64,000 nucleotides of DNA, taken from IMG/VR virus record IMGVR_UViG_3300010367_000378, positions 21,636 to 85,635 of that record; one strand, 5' to 3'. This DNA comes from a virus. Shown here in pieces: positions 36,301-46,093 of this stretch (the first letter of the stretch is position 1; each line of letters begins with the position of its first letter). Position numbers and translations under genes: made by a program. The notes beneath the pieces are model-generated. The model was given only the letters and a program-made list of their open reading frames with translations. It had not been told where the DNA came from and did no database searches.

Positions 36301-39300
36301 CCTTGATCGCCGCGACGACGAGGGGGTCGAGCCCGATGGAGGAGGAGTGCTTGATCGCCTCGATCAGGGCGTAGCTCATCGCCGCCTCGGCGTCCTTGCC
36401 GAAGTTGGTGACGATCCCGTCGACGTAGACCTTCCACTCGGTGTTCTTGCCCTGCCCGCGCCTCTTGACGGCGATCGAGGCGTCCAAGCTCTGGAAGATC
36501 CCGCCGTAGGCGATGAAGAAGCCCTTGATCTCGTCGGCGAGCTTCTTGCCGGCCGTGATCAGCCCGTCGATGTGCTTGCCGCCCTTGTCCATCTGGACGT
36601 CGAGGGCCGAGTTGAAGGAGATGACGCTCTCCTCCGTCTTCTGGAGATGGGCGGAGAGCTTGTTGACCCCGATCGCGAAGACGGCCAGGACCACCACCCA
36701 CGCGGCCACCATGCCCGCGGCGCCGGCGGCGCCGGTACCAGAGAAGAGCCCCGCAACGCCAGAGCCGCTCCCCGCAGCCCCGGTTCCCGCGCTCCCCCAA
36801 AGACCGCCGAGGCCGCTCCCCGTTCCGCCACCGCCCCAGATGTGCCCCGCCTGGCCACCGATCGAGGTCAACCCGCCGGTGACACCCTGGCCCTTCGCGA
36901 GGCCAGCGTTCCCGGCTGCGGCATTTGCCGCCGCGGTTTGAAGGGCCACCGCCGTCGCGAGCTCATGGGCAGCGATCCAGCGGACCAGCCACTGCTCGAT
37001 GTACTGAAGGGCGGTCTTCAGGGCGCTCTGCCAGAAGGACTCCCAGTCGCCTTTTCCGGTTACCAGGGCATCGTTGAGGGTCGAGAGGAAGTTGCTGGAG
37101 ATGGTGCTCCAGGCCTCCTTGAACGGCTCCTCGAGCCACTGCTGGATTTCGGCGTCCGCCCACGTCTTGCGGATCTCGTCGATGAGCTGGTGCTGCTTCG
37201 TGATCTGGGCGGTGAGCTCCTGCTCGGTGAGCTTGTTGTCCTTGCGGTTCAGCGCCGCGGTGACCTCCATCTTGATCTGGAGGTCTTCCTGGGCGTGGCC
37301 GAGGAGCCCGTACTTTTCCAGGATTCCGGCGAGCCCGGCCCCGTAAGCCTTCACGGCGTCGACGTTTGCCTGCCAGTCGGAGAACTGGGCGGAGAGCTGG
37401 TCGCGCTGCTTTTCGGCTTCAGCGTCGAGGCGCAAGGCCTGGGTGTGCCTCGCGAGGGTGTCGGTCTCCCTCTGGTAGTTCTCGTCGGTCAGCTTGATGG
37501 AGGCGGCGAGCGGCAGCCCGGCGATCGCGTTCTGCGCCCGCTGGTCCTTCTCGATCTTGAGAGCCAGGGCGTTCGCCTGCGAGGCGAAGGTCGTCCGGTT
37601 GATGGCGTCCTGGAGCTCCGCTTCGGCGGTCCGGAGGGCGATGCTCTGCTCGTTGGCCGTCTTGATGGAGACGATCCGTCGCTCGATCTCGATCCGATCT
37701 TCAGCGACCGCCACCGCGTGGGCCTTCCAGGCCTGTCCCTCCCGGGAGAGCAGCTCGACCCCAGCAACGATCTGGACCAGCCCGAGCTTGCGGGCCTCCT
37801 GCTCGCCCTTGAAGGCGGCGGCGGCGAGGGTCGAGTTGATCGTGGTGCCGGCGAGCGCGTCCTGGATCTTGGCCTCGCCGTCGACGACCGCCTGGTCGTC
37901 CGAGATCCGCTGCTGCCGGAGAGCGGCGGCCTGGCGCTCGACCACCTGCGCGTCGGAGAGGGCTCGGATGCTCGACCTGATCCCGAGCTCCTCCTCTTTC
38001 GTGAGGGTGGTCTTGTCCTTCTTCGCCTTAGCGGTCGCTTCAATGACCGCCTTGTTCTGCTGCTCCAGGATGACCGCCTGCCGGACCGCCTCGTCCCCGA
38101 TGAGCTGGGCGGCAGCCTGCGCCAGGGTCCCCCGGGCCTCCTCGTTCTTGACGTCGATCTGCTTCTTGATCCAGTCGTGGAAGTTCTCGACGCTCTTGGC
38201 GGCCTTTTCCGTGGTCTCGGTCCCGACGCGCTGGGAGGCCGTCTGGAGGTCGAGCTCGGCCTCCAGGGCGGAAACCGCCTTCGTCGAGGTGGTGATCCGG
38301 TCGTTGTGGAGCTGGAGACTCTTCGCCAGGTTGTCGACGTCGCTCTTCGCGGCCCGCAGGTTCGCCTGGATTTCTGGCCCATACGCCTTCTTGTAGGAGT
38401 CCGACCCGCTCGCGGCGAGGCCGTCCGCGGCGGTCTTGGCGATGTCGAGCCGGCGCTTGGCGGTGTCGAGCAGGCTCTCGAGCTGGCCGGTCTTGGACTT
38501 CTCGTTCTCGATCGCCGCCTTCGAGTTCTCCACCAGCGCCCGGGTCTCCCCCTCGAGGGCAGCGGTCGAGCGGTCGCGCGCGATCTTGGCCGCCTCGAGG
38601 GCGACCTTGTTGGTGCCGGCGGCCTCGGTGGCCTTGGCGTAGGCGAGGTTGATGGAGTTGAGCTGGCCGAGGAAGTTGTCGGCCCCGGAATCCCGCAGCA
38701 CGATGGCCGAGTTGTCGGCCGCGCCGGCGCTCACCTTGGCGGGCCCGGTGATGAGACCCACCCCGCTCGCCCCGAGCGCCGCCTTTTTCGAGACCGCGAG
38801 GACGTCGTACTGCTTGGTGAGCTTCGACAGGGCGATGGCGTTCTCGTTCGCCGCCGCCACTTCGTTGAGGAACGCCTGGTCCCCTTCCTTGCTGGTGGTG
38901 ATGAAGTGGTTGAGCACCCCGAGCAGCACCAGGACGGCCGCCGCCGCGGCGCCGAAGGGATTGGCCTCGATCGCCGCCGTCAGGGACTCGATGCTCGCGA
39001 GGAGCCCCGTGCTGGAGGCGGCCAGGTCGATCTCGGCAGCCTCGGCGACCGTCAGGGACCCCGCGTAGGCCATCATGCCGGCGGAGAGCCCGGCGGTCTG
39101 GGTGATCAGGGCGAACTCGGCCGCGTCGGCCGCCGTGGCGCTCTCGGCGAACGCGAACATCCCGGCGGTCAAGGTGGTCTCGGAGGCCGTGAGGGTGGCG
39201 TTGGCGCCGGCCGCCGAGAGGGCGAACGCTGCGTAGGCGCCGAGGACGATCGGCAGGTTGCCCAGCACCAGCCCAAGCGCGTTCGTGATGAGCATCACGA

Positions 39301-41461
39301 CCCGGAAGGCGCCGGCGACCCCGTTGGCCCACGCCTGCAGGTCGCCGCTTTGGACGGCTCCCCGGATCTCCTCGGCGAGTTGGACGAGCTGCGGCAGGAG
39401 CCCGGAGACGATCTGGAGGGATGCCTCCTCGACCGCCGCCTTCATCTGCTTGAAGACGAACGCCGGATCGGCCTTGACCAGGGCGTAGGCCTCGTCGGTC
39501 GCGTGGCCGATCGAAGCGTTGACCCGGTCCTGGATGCCAACGTACTCCTCGCCCTGACTGGCGGCGGTCGACAGGATGTCGCGCAGCGCCCGGATGTTCG
39601 GCACGACCTTGGCGAGCGCGTCGTTGTTGCCGTCGAACCGCTGGACCAGGTCGAGGAGGGCCGCCGCGAGCCCCTTCTGCTGGATCTCGGTCCGGAGCGA
39701 AGCCACGGAAAGGCCGACCGTCTTGAGCGCCTCGTTGGCGGACTTGGCCCCCTTGACCTCCAGGGCCGAGAGGATGCCGGAGAGGCCGGTCGCGGCCTCT
39801 TGCGCGCTGACGCCGACGCGGGTGAAGGCGGCGATCGACCCGCCGAGATCCCCGAACTTGACCCCCACCGCCGCGGCGACACCGGTTACGCGGGCGAACG
39901 CACCGACGAGGCTGTCGACGGTGGTGTTGCCTTCCCTGGCGGTCGCGATGTAGACGTCGAGGGCCTGCTTGGCGGTGAGGGTGCCGGCCCCGTAGGCGGT
40001 CATCGCGGCCACGGCGCCGCGGGCGACGGTCGTCTGGTCACCGAGCCCGATCGCGGCCCCCTTGGCGCTCGCAGAGAGGGCATCGAGGGCAGCCTGGCCT
40101 CGCAGGCCCGAGGACTCGATGGCGAACGCCGCCTTGGCGTTCTCTGCGGCGCTCTGGCCGGTCTCCAGGGAGATCCCGTGGATCGCCTCCCGGACGCTCT
40201 GGACTTCCTGCGCGGAGGCGCCGACTAGCGTGCGGAGGCGGACCAGGGCGCTCTCGAACTCGATCGCCGCGGCGACGGCCTCCTTGAAGCCCTGGATCAG
40301 CTCGATGATCCCGCCGTAGACCGCCATGTACTTGAGGGCGGTCCCGATCTCACCGATCGCCCGGGAGAGCATTCCGGCGCCGGAGGAGGCCTTGCCGAGG
40401 GTGGCCTCCTGTTCGGCCCGGACCTGCGCCAGGACGGCGCGCTGGTCTTCGAGGGCGATGACCTCCTCGCGGATGGCCGCGGCGCCCTGCTGGTCGATCA
40501 CCACCAGCCGGCCGCGCTCGTTCATCTCGGCGACGCCGGCGGCGAGGAGCTGCGCCTGGATCTCCAACTGCTGGTTGAGGGTGGCCTCGGCGGCGGCCCC
40601 CTGCCGGGCGGCGGCCACCCGGTCGCCGGTCTGGTTGGTGCTGGTGCGGAGCTCGATCAGGACCTGCTGGAGCTTCCTTTCGGCCGCGGTCGCCTGCTCA
40701 GCGGCGGCGGTCTCGGCGGCCCGGTCGGCGCGCACCTTCTCCAGGGCGGTCGTGAGTTGTTGCCAAGCGCGGAACTCGTTGAGCACCGCCCCCGCGAGTC
40801 CGTCCTCGGCGGTGATCCCCGCCTTGACCAGGGCCTCCATTTCGAGGAGCCCCTGCTTGCGAGTTGCGATCGCGGCTGTACCCTCCCGCTCGGCCTGGAT
40901 GTCGAGCTGGAGCTCGGCGCTCAACTGCCGCATGGTCTGGATGTAGCTGAGGGCGCTTTCGCTCCCGAGGAGCGTCTCCTTCCCAAGGAGGCCGGCCCCC
41001 TCGGCCGCCGTCCTGAGCGAGGCGGCGAGCCCCTCGCTCGCCGACATCAGGGTCTCGGTGGATGTAGCCGCCGAGACCGCGCCGCTCGCGACCGACTCCA
41101 GGCCGGTCCCCATGGAACCGAGGGACCCTGCGGACTTCGCGATCGAGGAGTCGGCCGCCGCGACCGAGGAGGCGAGGGTGTCTGTGGACGCCGAGGCGCT
41201 CGCCACCGAGACCTGGGCGCGGCTGACGGAAGAAGCGAGGCTGCTGGAGGCGGAAGCGACCGAGGAAACCGAGCCGGCGACACTGCGGGTGGAGATGCCG
41301 AGGCGCTCGGCGGTCGCTACTACGCTGTCGAGCCTCGCCTGCAGGCGGTCAGCCTGCTCGCCGGTCTTGACGAGGTCGGACTGGAGGGCCTCGACTCCAG
41401 GCTTTGCGGCGCTGGAGTCGAGCCCTACCTTGAGATCGTACTGGGTACCGCCCTCGCTCAA
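33398..41461 (-). CDS. Tape measure protein, 2687 aa (TP901-like core)
   Basis: Length, Ala-rich helical content, FESALVRLRTLVGAS..LETGQSA..AFAIESSG core, position after the chaperones. Confidence 0.95.
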   Translation of the reverse strand: MSEGGTQYDLKVGLDSSAAKPGVEALQSDLVKTGEQADRLQARLDSVVATAERLGISTRSVAGSVSSVASASSSLASSVSRAQVSVASASASTDTLASSVAAADSSIAKSAGSLGSMGTGLESVASGAVSAATSTETLMSASEGLAASLRTAAEGAGLLGKETLLGSESALSYIQTMRQLSAELQLDIQAEREGTAAIATRKQGLLEMEALVKAGITAEDGLAGAVLNEFRAWQQLTTALEKVRADRAAETAAAEQATAAERKLQQVLIELRTSTNQTGDRVAAARQGAAAEATLNQQLEIQAQLLAAGVAEMNERGRLVVIDQQGAAAIREEVIALEDQRAVLAQVRAEQEATLGKASSGAGMLSRAIGEIGTALKYMAVYGGIIELIQGFKEAVAAAIEFESALVRLRTLVGASAQEVQSVREAIHGISLETGQSAAENAKAAFAIESSGLRGQAALDALSASAKGAAIGLGDQTTVARGAVAAMTAYGAGTLTAKQALDVYIATAREGNTTVDSLVGAFARVTGVAAAVGVKFGDLGGSIAAFTRVGVSAQEAATGLSGILSALEVKGAKSANEALKTVGLSVASLRTEIQQKGLAAALLDLVQRFDGNNDALAKVVPNIRALRDILSTAASQGEEYVGIQDRVNASIGHATDEAYALVKADPAFVFKQMKAAVEEASLQIVSGLLPQLVQLAEEIRGAVQSGDLQAWANGVAGAFRVVMLITNALGLVLGNLPIVLGAYAAFALSAAGANATLTASETTLTAGMFAFAESATAADAAEFALITQTAGLSAGMMAYAGSLTVAEAAEIDLAASSTGLLASIESLTAAIEANPFGAAAAAVLVLLGVLNHFITTSKEGDQAFLNEVAAANENAIALSKLTKQYDVLAVSKKAALGASGVGLITGPAKVSAGAADNSAIVLRDSGADNFLGQLNSINLAYAKATEAAGTNKVALEAAKIARDRSTAALEGETRALVENSKAAIENEKSKTGQLESLLDTAKRRLDIAKTAADGLAASGSDSYKKAYGPEIQANLRAAKSDVDNLAKSLQLHNDRITTSTKAVSALEAELDLQTASQRVGTETTEKAAKSVENFHDWIKKQIDVKNEEARGTLAQAAAQLIGDEAVRQAVILEQQNKAVIEATAKAKKDKTTLTKEEELGIRSSIRALSDAQVVERQAAALRQQRISDDQAVVDGEAKIQDALAGTTINSTLAAAAFKGEQEARKLGLVQIVAGVELLSREGQAWKAHAVAVAEDRIEIERRIVSIKTANEQSIALRTAEAELQDAINRTTFASQANALALKIEKDQRAQNAIAGLPLAASIKLTDENYQRETDTLARHTQALRLDAEAEKQRDQLSAQFSDWQANVDAVKAYGAGLAGILEKYGLLGHAQEDLQIKMEVTAALNRKDNKLTEQELTAQITKQHQLIDEIRKTWADAEIQQWLEEPFKEAWSTISSNFLSTLNDALVTGKGDWESFWQSALKTALQYIEQWLVRWIAAHELATAVALQTAAANAAAGNAGLAKGQGVTGGLTSIGGQAGHIWGGGGTGSGLGGLWGSAGTGAAGSGSGVAGLFSGTGAAGAAGMVAAWVVVLAVFAIGVNKLSAHLQKTEESVISFNSALDVQMDKGGKHIDGLITAGKKLADEIKGFFIAYGGIFQSLDASIAVKRRGQGKNTEWKVYVDGIVTNFGKDAEAAMSYALIEAIKHSSSIGLDPLVVAAIKDYAGKDLDEFKAQIEFAQRLATQNLPGISGQVAAAAQQYFSDLEQAKKTFAGDAAALDQAVESITRKFSDTVQSLKNQALGIDTSTADFLAGLVAFNDQMKKAGESARKQLEDEIAATQSDINSMGTGPRLRPGMTDDDRASAQAEWDSRIARLRQQIADYTAELDKIPQALSEQEVSMAVFNQLYQYLQGSQKYEAQRVEFARMKVDLEFQAIKMQLVALDMWDKYAGMWTDAYNAAMHDAGKKPNAGHGGGKSTDKQDFLDQLKADTRLGLPSSVQAVLDLGDKLAEMAKKAKELKISEDQLRAARQALIDQTKKTILDPVRQYLGPGDGGTYGQSQWQTKAGDIEKTFDEARAANQKLLDETGQRAIAFWKLNQAELRALNGLAEDAISSLNLPMEQTRQQVKGLGDTVAFLRDSAAKGAITAGRLNDVISQLGTQATQNLLSQAADLLEQEGKFDDADKARREADKLNFELQVLQFNFLLDSYEQLGILTDAQKADLENLRKEINDPANQPDFTRPAPQRPQAQQSNDDPWTQAATLIDTIGQQVKEWNQLSLGPAAKGAQDLKDKMADLSKQEAALAWTGGKLTVAMSQLQAAYQVAVNKFVSDTIAGLLPVPQVVKDAQDLRDKLDDAHAALVTLGASADQFAQLASASQAAVENFVDQTLKGWEDLGKNPLQLQLRDLLKQLGDAHTALLRLGVSAQDMARYEAARVNALNDFWRQATSGLTSFLQELQHNDPRTSSADQFTTSRDHFRDLLARARAGDLDALSQLEQAGRDYQASAQSFLGAGVGSNAVVDEITHAIQALTGSNPLLSGTDNPIVNHLQQSNSLLAAIRDNTASTTSSGSRIVAATSESIASPSQPSTASAARSESPSPAASSVVSERGEGCGPELLAVLRALEEIERKRQAHEQERQKKLNEEKNRRSTVALSEAQERAADRAAITSLVGQVAALVRAIEAKYPAGLS

Positions 41462-41467
41462 CGGCGA

Positions 41468-42525
41468 TCACTCCTCGTCGTCGTAGAGGGCCTCGGATCG
41501 CCCCATCCCCAGGAAACGCAGGACGAGGCGAGCGATCATCTGGCCCTCCGGGTCATCCACCCCGTAGGCCGTCAGCATGGCGTTGACGGCGACGGGGTCG
41601 TGGAAGCAACCGTTCTGGTCGAGGGCTCCGATCAACTCCTCGTCGATCGTCAGCCACCAGCGCATCTCGGGGGAGATCGGGACGGGGGCGTGCTCTGGTT
41701 CGAGCCCTCCCGGCGTCCCGGTCTCAGGATCAATTGGCCGGGTTTCCAGCCGCTTGATGTGGTCGTAGAGGTCCTTGTCCTTCGACCTCAGTCGGCCCAG
41801 TCGAATTCGCCGGGCCGCCCAAACTCGTAGGCTTCCCCCAGCTTGTAGATCTCCTCCTCCTTCACGCGCTGCAGCGCCTTGGAGGTCTGGAAGAGCTGGG
41901 TCAGCATGGTGATCGACGTCTCGAGCATGGGCGACAGGATCGTGCGCAGCTTCTCGGCGTTGCGGGCGCGGTCCTCCGACGAGCTCTTCTTCGGCAGGCG
42001 CTCGAAGTTGATGAGGATGAACCCGCCCTCCACCTCGTCGACCTTCAGCCCGTAGTCGCGGGCCTTCTGGAGCGCGCGGCGGCCCCCCTCGATCTGGGCG
42101 AGGATGTCCGGGTCCTGGCTCTCGACGCCGGGCTGGCCGACGTTGACCTGGCCCTCGATCTCGGTGATCGCCATCGTCACCGCGGCCCGCGTGATGCCGA
42201 TCTGCTCCTCCGCCGGGATGTCGTCGTTGTCGTTGAGGCCGAGACGCACACGGACCGCCCGCTCGGCAGCCTCGCGCTTCGCCACGACCGCGCCGACGTG
42301 GAAGGGGCGCAGGCGCACCTTCAGGCCGCCGAAGCGGGGCCCCAGGTTGCACCAGATCCCGAGGCCGAACTGCTTCTGGACGGCCTCGTGGACCACGAAG
42401 TTGAAATAGCGGGCGACGGGCCGCTTGCCGAGATCCTCGGCGGGCACGGCAGTCTCCGGGGTCCCGCCGTCGGGCCGCGCCCCGTCGCTGGGGTTGGGGG
42501 TCGTGGTGTCGGTGGTGAAATCCAT
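41468..42525 (-). CDS. Tail assembly chaperone frameshift product (gpGT-like)
   Basis: The -1 frame opens at the slippery site and reads GGSLRVWAARRIRL..LYDDEE* to 41468. Confidence 0.75.
41788..42525 (-). CDS. Tail assembly chaperone (gpG-like)
   Basis: Between tail tube and tape measure; RBS AGGAGAG. Confidence 0.8.
   Translation of the reverse strand: MDFTTDTTTPNPSDGARPDGGTPETAVPAEDLGKRPVARYFNFVVHEAVQKQFGLGIWCNLGPRFGGLKVRLRPFHVGAVVAKREAAERAVRVRLGLNDNDDIPAEEQIGITRAAVTMAITEIEGQVNVGQPGVESQDPDILAQIEGGRRALQKARDYGLKVDEVEGGFILINFERLPKKSSSEDRARNAEKLRTILSPMLETSITMLTQLFQTSKALQRVKEEEIYKLGEAYEFGRPGEFDWAD
41833..41839 (-). other. Programmed -1 frameshift heptamer G GGG GAA
   Basis: In-frame CTG GGG GAA about 15 codons before the gpG stop; same heptamer as reported for mycobacteriophage L5. 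Confidence 0.8.
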
Positions 42526-42542
42526 TCGTTCTCTCCTTTGGC

Positions 42543-42592
42543 AAAAAAGCGGGGGGGACGACCAGCCCGGGAAGCTGGCCGCCTCCCCCGGA
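42543..42592 (-). terminator. Rho-independent terminator after the tail tube gene
   Basis: GGGGGAGGCGGCCAGC/GCTGGTCGTCCCCCC stem followed by TTTTTT on the minus strand. Confidence 0.75.
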
Positions 42593-42656
42593 AAACCACC
42601 ACCGGAAGAAGGCGATCAGGCCCGGCCCCGGGCTGGCTCCTTGGGTCCCGCGTCGA

Positions 42657-43946
42657 TTACGTGCCGCTGGCGCTGAAGCGCTGCCAGATGAAAGTCCGAG
42701 CCGTGTTCGGCCCGAGCTGCGTCTTGAAGTTGATCGAGTTGTCCGTCCGGCTGTTCTTCGCGCCCGGCTTCGGGGCATTGGGCTCGAAGAGAGCCAGCGG
42801 GTGACGACCCCAGTAGAAGTTCCCGGCCGGGTCGATGATCTTGAAGTCGATCGGAACCCGGTTGCCGTTGCGTCCGAGGGTCACCAGGACGGCCGAGAGG
42901 GCCTTCTTGTGGTAGACCTTGAGGCTTCCCGTGTAGTCGATGTCGCCGACCGTGATCCCGGGGCGGAACCGGCTGCCCGAGGTGTCGTCGATACCGGAGG
43001 CGTTGCCGTTGCCGTTGGTGTCGAAGGACGTCAGGTTGTCCCCGGAGAGGACCGTGATGCCGCCGATCGCGAAGTAGGCGAGGTCCTCGCCGGCCGTCAT
43101 CACGTCGTTGCCGAGGTAGGGGTTGGGGGTCTCGCCGCTCCCCACGCTGGCGCTCGCCTCGTCGTTGTAGTCGAGGGCGTCGTAGCTGAAGGAGAGGTCG
43201 ATGTTCGCTTTTCCGGTGATCCCGAGCTTCATCGACTTCGACGTGCAGCCCTTCACCAGGAAGAAGTCACCGCCCGGCTGGTCGGTGTGGGAGAACTCGA
43301 AGTTGGTGGAGCGGATGTTCTGGATGCCCCGGTTCTTCAGCCACCGGCCGAGACGGATCGTTCCGCTCTTGCCGGTCTCCGTGACGAGCTGCTCCCGGAA
43401 CGCGCCCGCCAGCGCCGAGGCGTATGCCGGGATGATGTCGATCTGGCTGCCGTCGGACTTGACGTCCTTGATCGCCCGGGGCCACTTGTTGGCGGCGTTG
43501 ATCGCCGCTCCGGAGACCTCCATCATCAGGCCGTGGTAGTCGCCAGTCGTATAGAGACTGGTGAAGGTCCCGCCGGTGGCCGTGATGACCGGGCCGGTCG
43601 TGCCGTCGACGTGAGTGCCGGCCTGGTTGAACCCGAAGCTGCCGGCGATCGTGACCTCGCTGACCGGCCACGAATCGCGCATGAAGTCCTCGAACTCCTT
43701 GTCGTTCAGGCCGAACACCAGTTGCGACGGGAAGTCGACCATCGCCGCCCGCAGGCCGGGACGGACCGACTGCACACCGCCCGAGCCCGTGTTGATCCCG
43801 GAGGTGTTGGTGTTGCCGGAGGGCGCCCACGTCGGGGCGGTTCCATAGGTCCGGTACCGCGCCCCGCCGACGACGGTTCCGGGGGTGACCTCGTCTTCGC
43901 GGGTCACCGTGACTAGATCGTTCTGGGAGAACCTGCCTCCACTCAT
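42657..43946 (-). CDS. Major tail tube protein
   Basis: Position, beta-rich composition, FEFSH..GC...M.L......SF and GDI..TGSL.VY pattern, own terminator. Confidence 0.85.
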   Translation of the reverse strand: MSGGRFSQNDLVTVTREDEVTPGTVVGGARYRTYGTAPTWAPSGNTNTSGINTGSGGVQSVRPGLRAAMVDFPSQLVFGLNDKEFEDFMRDSWPVSEVTIAGSFGFNQAGTHVDGTTGPVITATGGTFTSLYTTGDYHGLMMEVSGAAINAANKWPRAIKDVKSDGSQIDIIPAYASALAGAFREQLVTETGKSGTIRLGRWLKNRGIQNIRSTNFEFSHTDQPGGDFFLVKGCTSKSMKLGITGKANIDLSFSYDALDYNDEASASVGSGETPNPYLGNDVMTAGEDLAYFAIGGITVLSGDNLTSFDTNGNGNASGIDDTSGSRFRPGITVGDIDYTGSLKVYHKKALSAVLVTLGRNGNRVPIDFKIIDPAGNFYWGRHPLALFEPNAPKPGAKNSRTDNSINFKTQLGPNTARTFIWQRFSASGT

Positions 43947-44767
43947 GGTAGGGCGACCTCCTGGGCGCCAGCGTGCGGTCTGCGGACTCGGATCTGGACC
44001 TGGACCGTCAGGTAGGACCGTCTCCAGGTGCCGTCGTCGGCCCCCTCGCGCTTGACCGTGGGGAACCGGGCGTGGTTGCGGATCGAGAGGACGTCGGTCC
44101 CCTCGGGATAGATGGCGAGCCCCTTGAAGAGGCTCTCGATCTCGAAGCGCCGGAGCTCGGCCGTGGTGGTGGTATCCGACGCCTTCGAGGGGAGCAGAAC
44201 GATGAAATCGAGAGCGACCTGGATGAACTCGCCCGAGACGATCCGTTCCGATCCAGGGGGCCCTTCCGAGGTGGCGGTCAGCCCGTCGTCGGCGCGGGCC
44301 AGCTCGCGGAACCGCAGGACGACGTAGCCGACTGTCGAGCGGACCTGGTCGACCGTCCAGGGGGCGACATCCTCCGCGTTCTCAGCGTCGAAGGAGACCT
44401 CGCCCGGGAGCGCCACCGGGCAGTCGAGCCAGGCCTCCAGGAAGTAGGTGGCGAGGAGACGCCGATAGACGGTCTCCGGGGGGATCGGCGCGCCAGACAC
44501 CGAATAGACCGGGAAGTAGGCGTAGGAGGAAGCTCCCGCGTCGACCAGCAGCGACAGGTAGAGCCGCCGCGAGCCGGTCGGGACCGTCAGGGAGATGGGA
44601 GCGCCCGGCGCGAGCGCGGTCCGCGCCAGGACATCGCAGTCGCCCGCCGAGGTGCCGGCCAGCGCGATCGCCCCGATGGTGCCGACCGGCGCCGTCCAGG
44701 AGAACATCGCCGGGCCCACGGGCACCGAAGAGCCCGGAACCGGTACCAGCGCGACGTCAGGCCGCAT
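43943..44767 (-). CDS. Tail terminator/completion-like protein
   Basis: ATG 44767 overlaps upstream stop; C-half SFDAEN..YVVLRF..QVALDFIV..WRRSYLTV. Confidence 0.6.
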   Translation of the reverse strand: MRPDVALVPVPGSSVPVGPAMFSWTAPVGTIGAIALAGTSAGDCDVLARTALAPGAPISLTVPTGSRRLYLSLLVDAGASSYAYFPVYSVSGAPIPPETVYRRLLATYFLEAWLDCPVALPGEVSFDAENAEDVAPWTVDQVRSTVGYVVLRFRELARADDGLTATSEGPPGSERIVSGEFIQVALDFIVLLPSKASDTTTTAELRRFEIESLFKGLAIYPEGTDVLSIRNHARFPTVKREGADDGTWRRSYLTVQVQIRVRRPHAGAQEVALP

Positions 44768-45233
44768 TCTGCAGGTACCTCCAGTGCGCCATCCGCGCCA
44801 CGGCCACGTCGATCCCCAGGTGGACCCACCCATCGGGGGCCTGCTCGGACCCGATGGGGCGGCCATTCTTGTCGACCGTGCGACCCTTCTCGATGATGTT
44901 GGCGTAGGGCGCCGTCCACCGTTCCCAGAGGGTGTCGCCGATCTGGAAGCCGCCGAGCTGTACGGCGCGGCGGACATCGGCCTCGGTGGTCAGCGGGAAG
45001 GGGCCGCCGTGCTGGCGCGGATTGCTGATCCCCTCGTCGGCGTTCGGGACGCCGACGGAGATCTCGAGGCTCCCCCGCAGGTTGCCGGTGTCGATCGGAG
45101 CGGGCGGCGCGCCGTCCATCCCGAGGTTGTTGGCGTTGACGATCTCGACCCCGAGCTGGATGGTCCCTGCGAGGACGAAATTCTCGACGCTCGAGGCGGC
45201 GCGCAGCATGATCTCCTGGTTGGTGTTACCCAC
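44757..45233 (-). CDS. HK97 gp10-like neck/tail completion protein
   Basis: APIDTGNLRGS..YANIIEKG..QAPDGWV. Confidence 0.85.
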   Translation of the reverse strand: MGNTNQEIMLRAASSVENFVLAGTIQLGVEIVNANNLGMDGAPPAPIDTGNLRGSLEISVGVPNADEGISNPRQHGGPFPLTTEADVRRAVQLGGFQIGDTLWERWTAPYANIIEKGRTVDKNGRPIGSEQAPDGWVHLGIDVAVARMAHWRYLQNAA

Positions 45234-45588
45234 GGGTCACCGTCCCTTCCCAGGACGTCGAATCGTCCCCGAGGGTGATGTCGGTGATCGAACACCAGGC
45301 GCCGTCGAGGAGCACCTTGAAGTCGGAGGAGAGGCCGCCGAAGGGGACGAACGGCTCGTATTCGACCTCGATCCGCTCCTCCCGCGCCCAGAGCCCGTCG
45401 GCCTTGCGGCGGGTCTCCATGTTGACGGAGGCCCGCGCCGGGACAGGATCGCCAGCCGCAGACCACTCCTCGATCCCCGCCTTCTTGTCTTTGACGGCGG
45501 TGAAGCGCTGGAAGGTCGTCAGCTCCCCCAGATGGAAGAGCATGCGGCCCGCCGAGGCGCGGAAGCGGGAGAGCGCGGGCGAATTCAT
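45226..45588 (-). CDS. Head closure (stopper) protein
   Basis: Size, position, beta-strand pattern ending WCSITDI..WEGTV. Confidence 0.65.
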   Translation of the reverse strand: MNSPALSRFRASAGRMLFHLGELTTFQRFTAVKDKKAGIEEWSAAGDPVPARASVNMETRRKADGLWAREERIEVEYEPFVPFGGLSSDFKVLLDGAWCSITDITLGDDSTSWEGTVTRG

Positions 45589-46085
45589 AGCTGGGGAATG
45601 ACGAAGGAGATCTTCGACCAGGCCTCGGAATGATTGGCGGCCAAAGAGCCCGGATTTACGCCCTGGCGATAGGTGATAGACCCCCGACGCGACGACTCGC
45701 TCGCGATGTTGAGTGGGGTCTTTGCGACCTGCATGAACGTGCCGGCGATGATCTCCGCGGCGAGGAGGAAGATGCCCTGGCGATAGATCAGCGGACGCTC
45801 GTTCTCCTCCATCAGCCGTCCGGAGGAGTCGTAGGCTCCAACGCCAGGGAAGAGAAGGGCCTGCGTGGGCTCGAAGTGAACGAGACGCACATGCTGGCGA
45901 ATGGCATCCTCGGCGGCGTCCGTCGCTCGGACGAGCGCCGCCTTCTGGACATCCTCATCCGCCAGGCCGAAGGCGGTCAGCCCTCGCCGGTCGAGCCAGG
46001 CCTTCGCCGCGTCCACGTTGTCGTAGACGATGGCGGTGGACCGCCCGGTCCCGTCCTCTACCTCCTCTGGAGCAAAGCCGGCCAT
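45585..46085 (-). CDS. Head-tail adaptor (DnaT-like family)
   Basis: YDNVDAAKAWL..RG..QKAALVRATD..QALLFP. Confidence 0.75.
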   Translation of the reverse strand: MAGFAPEEVEDGTGRSTAIVYDNVDAAKAWLDRRGLTAFGLADEDVQKAALVRATDAAEDAIRQHVRLVHFEPTQALLFPGVGAYDSSGRLMEENERPLIYRQGIFLLAAEIIAGTFMQVAKTPLNIASESSRRGSITYRQGVNPGSLAANHSEAWSKISFVIPQL

Positions 46086-46093
46086 GACGTCCC

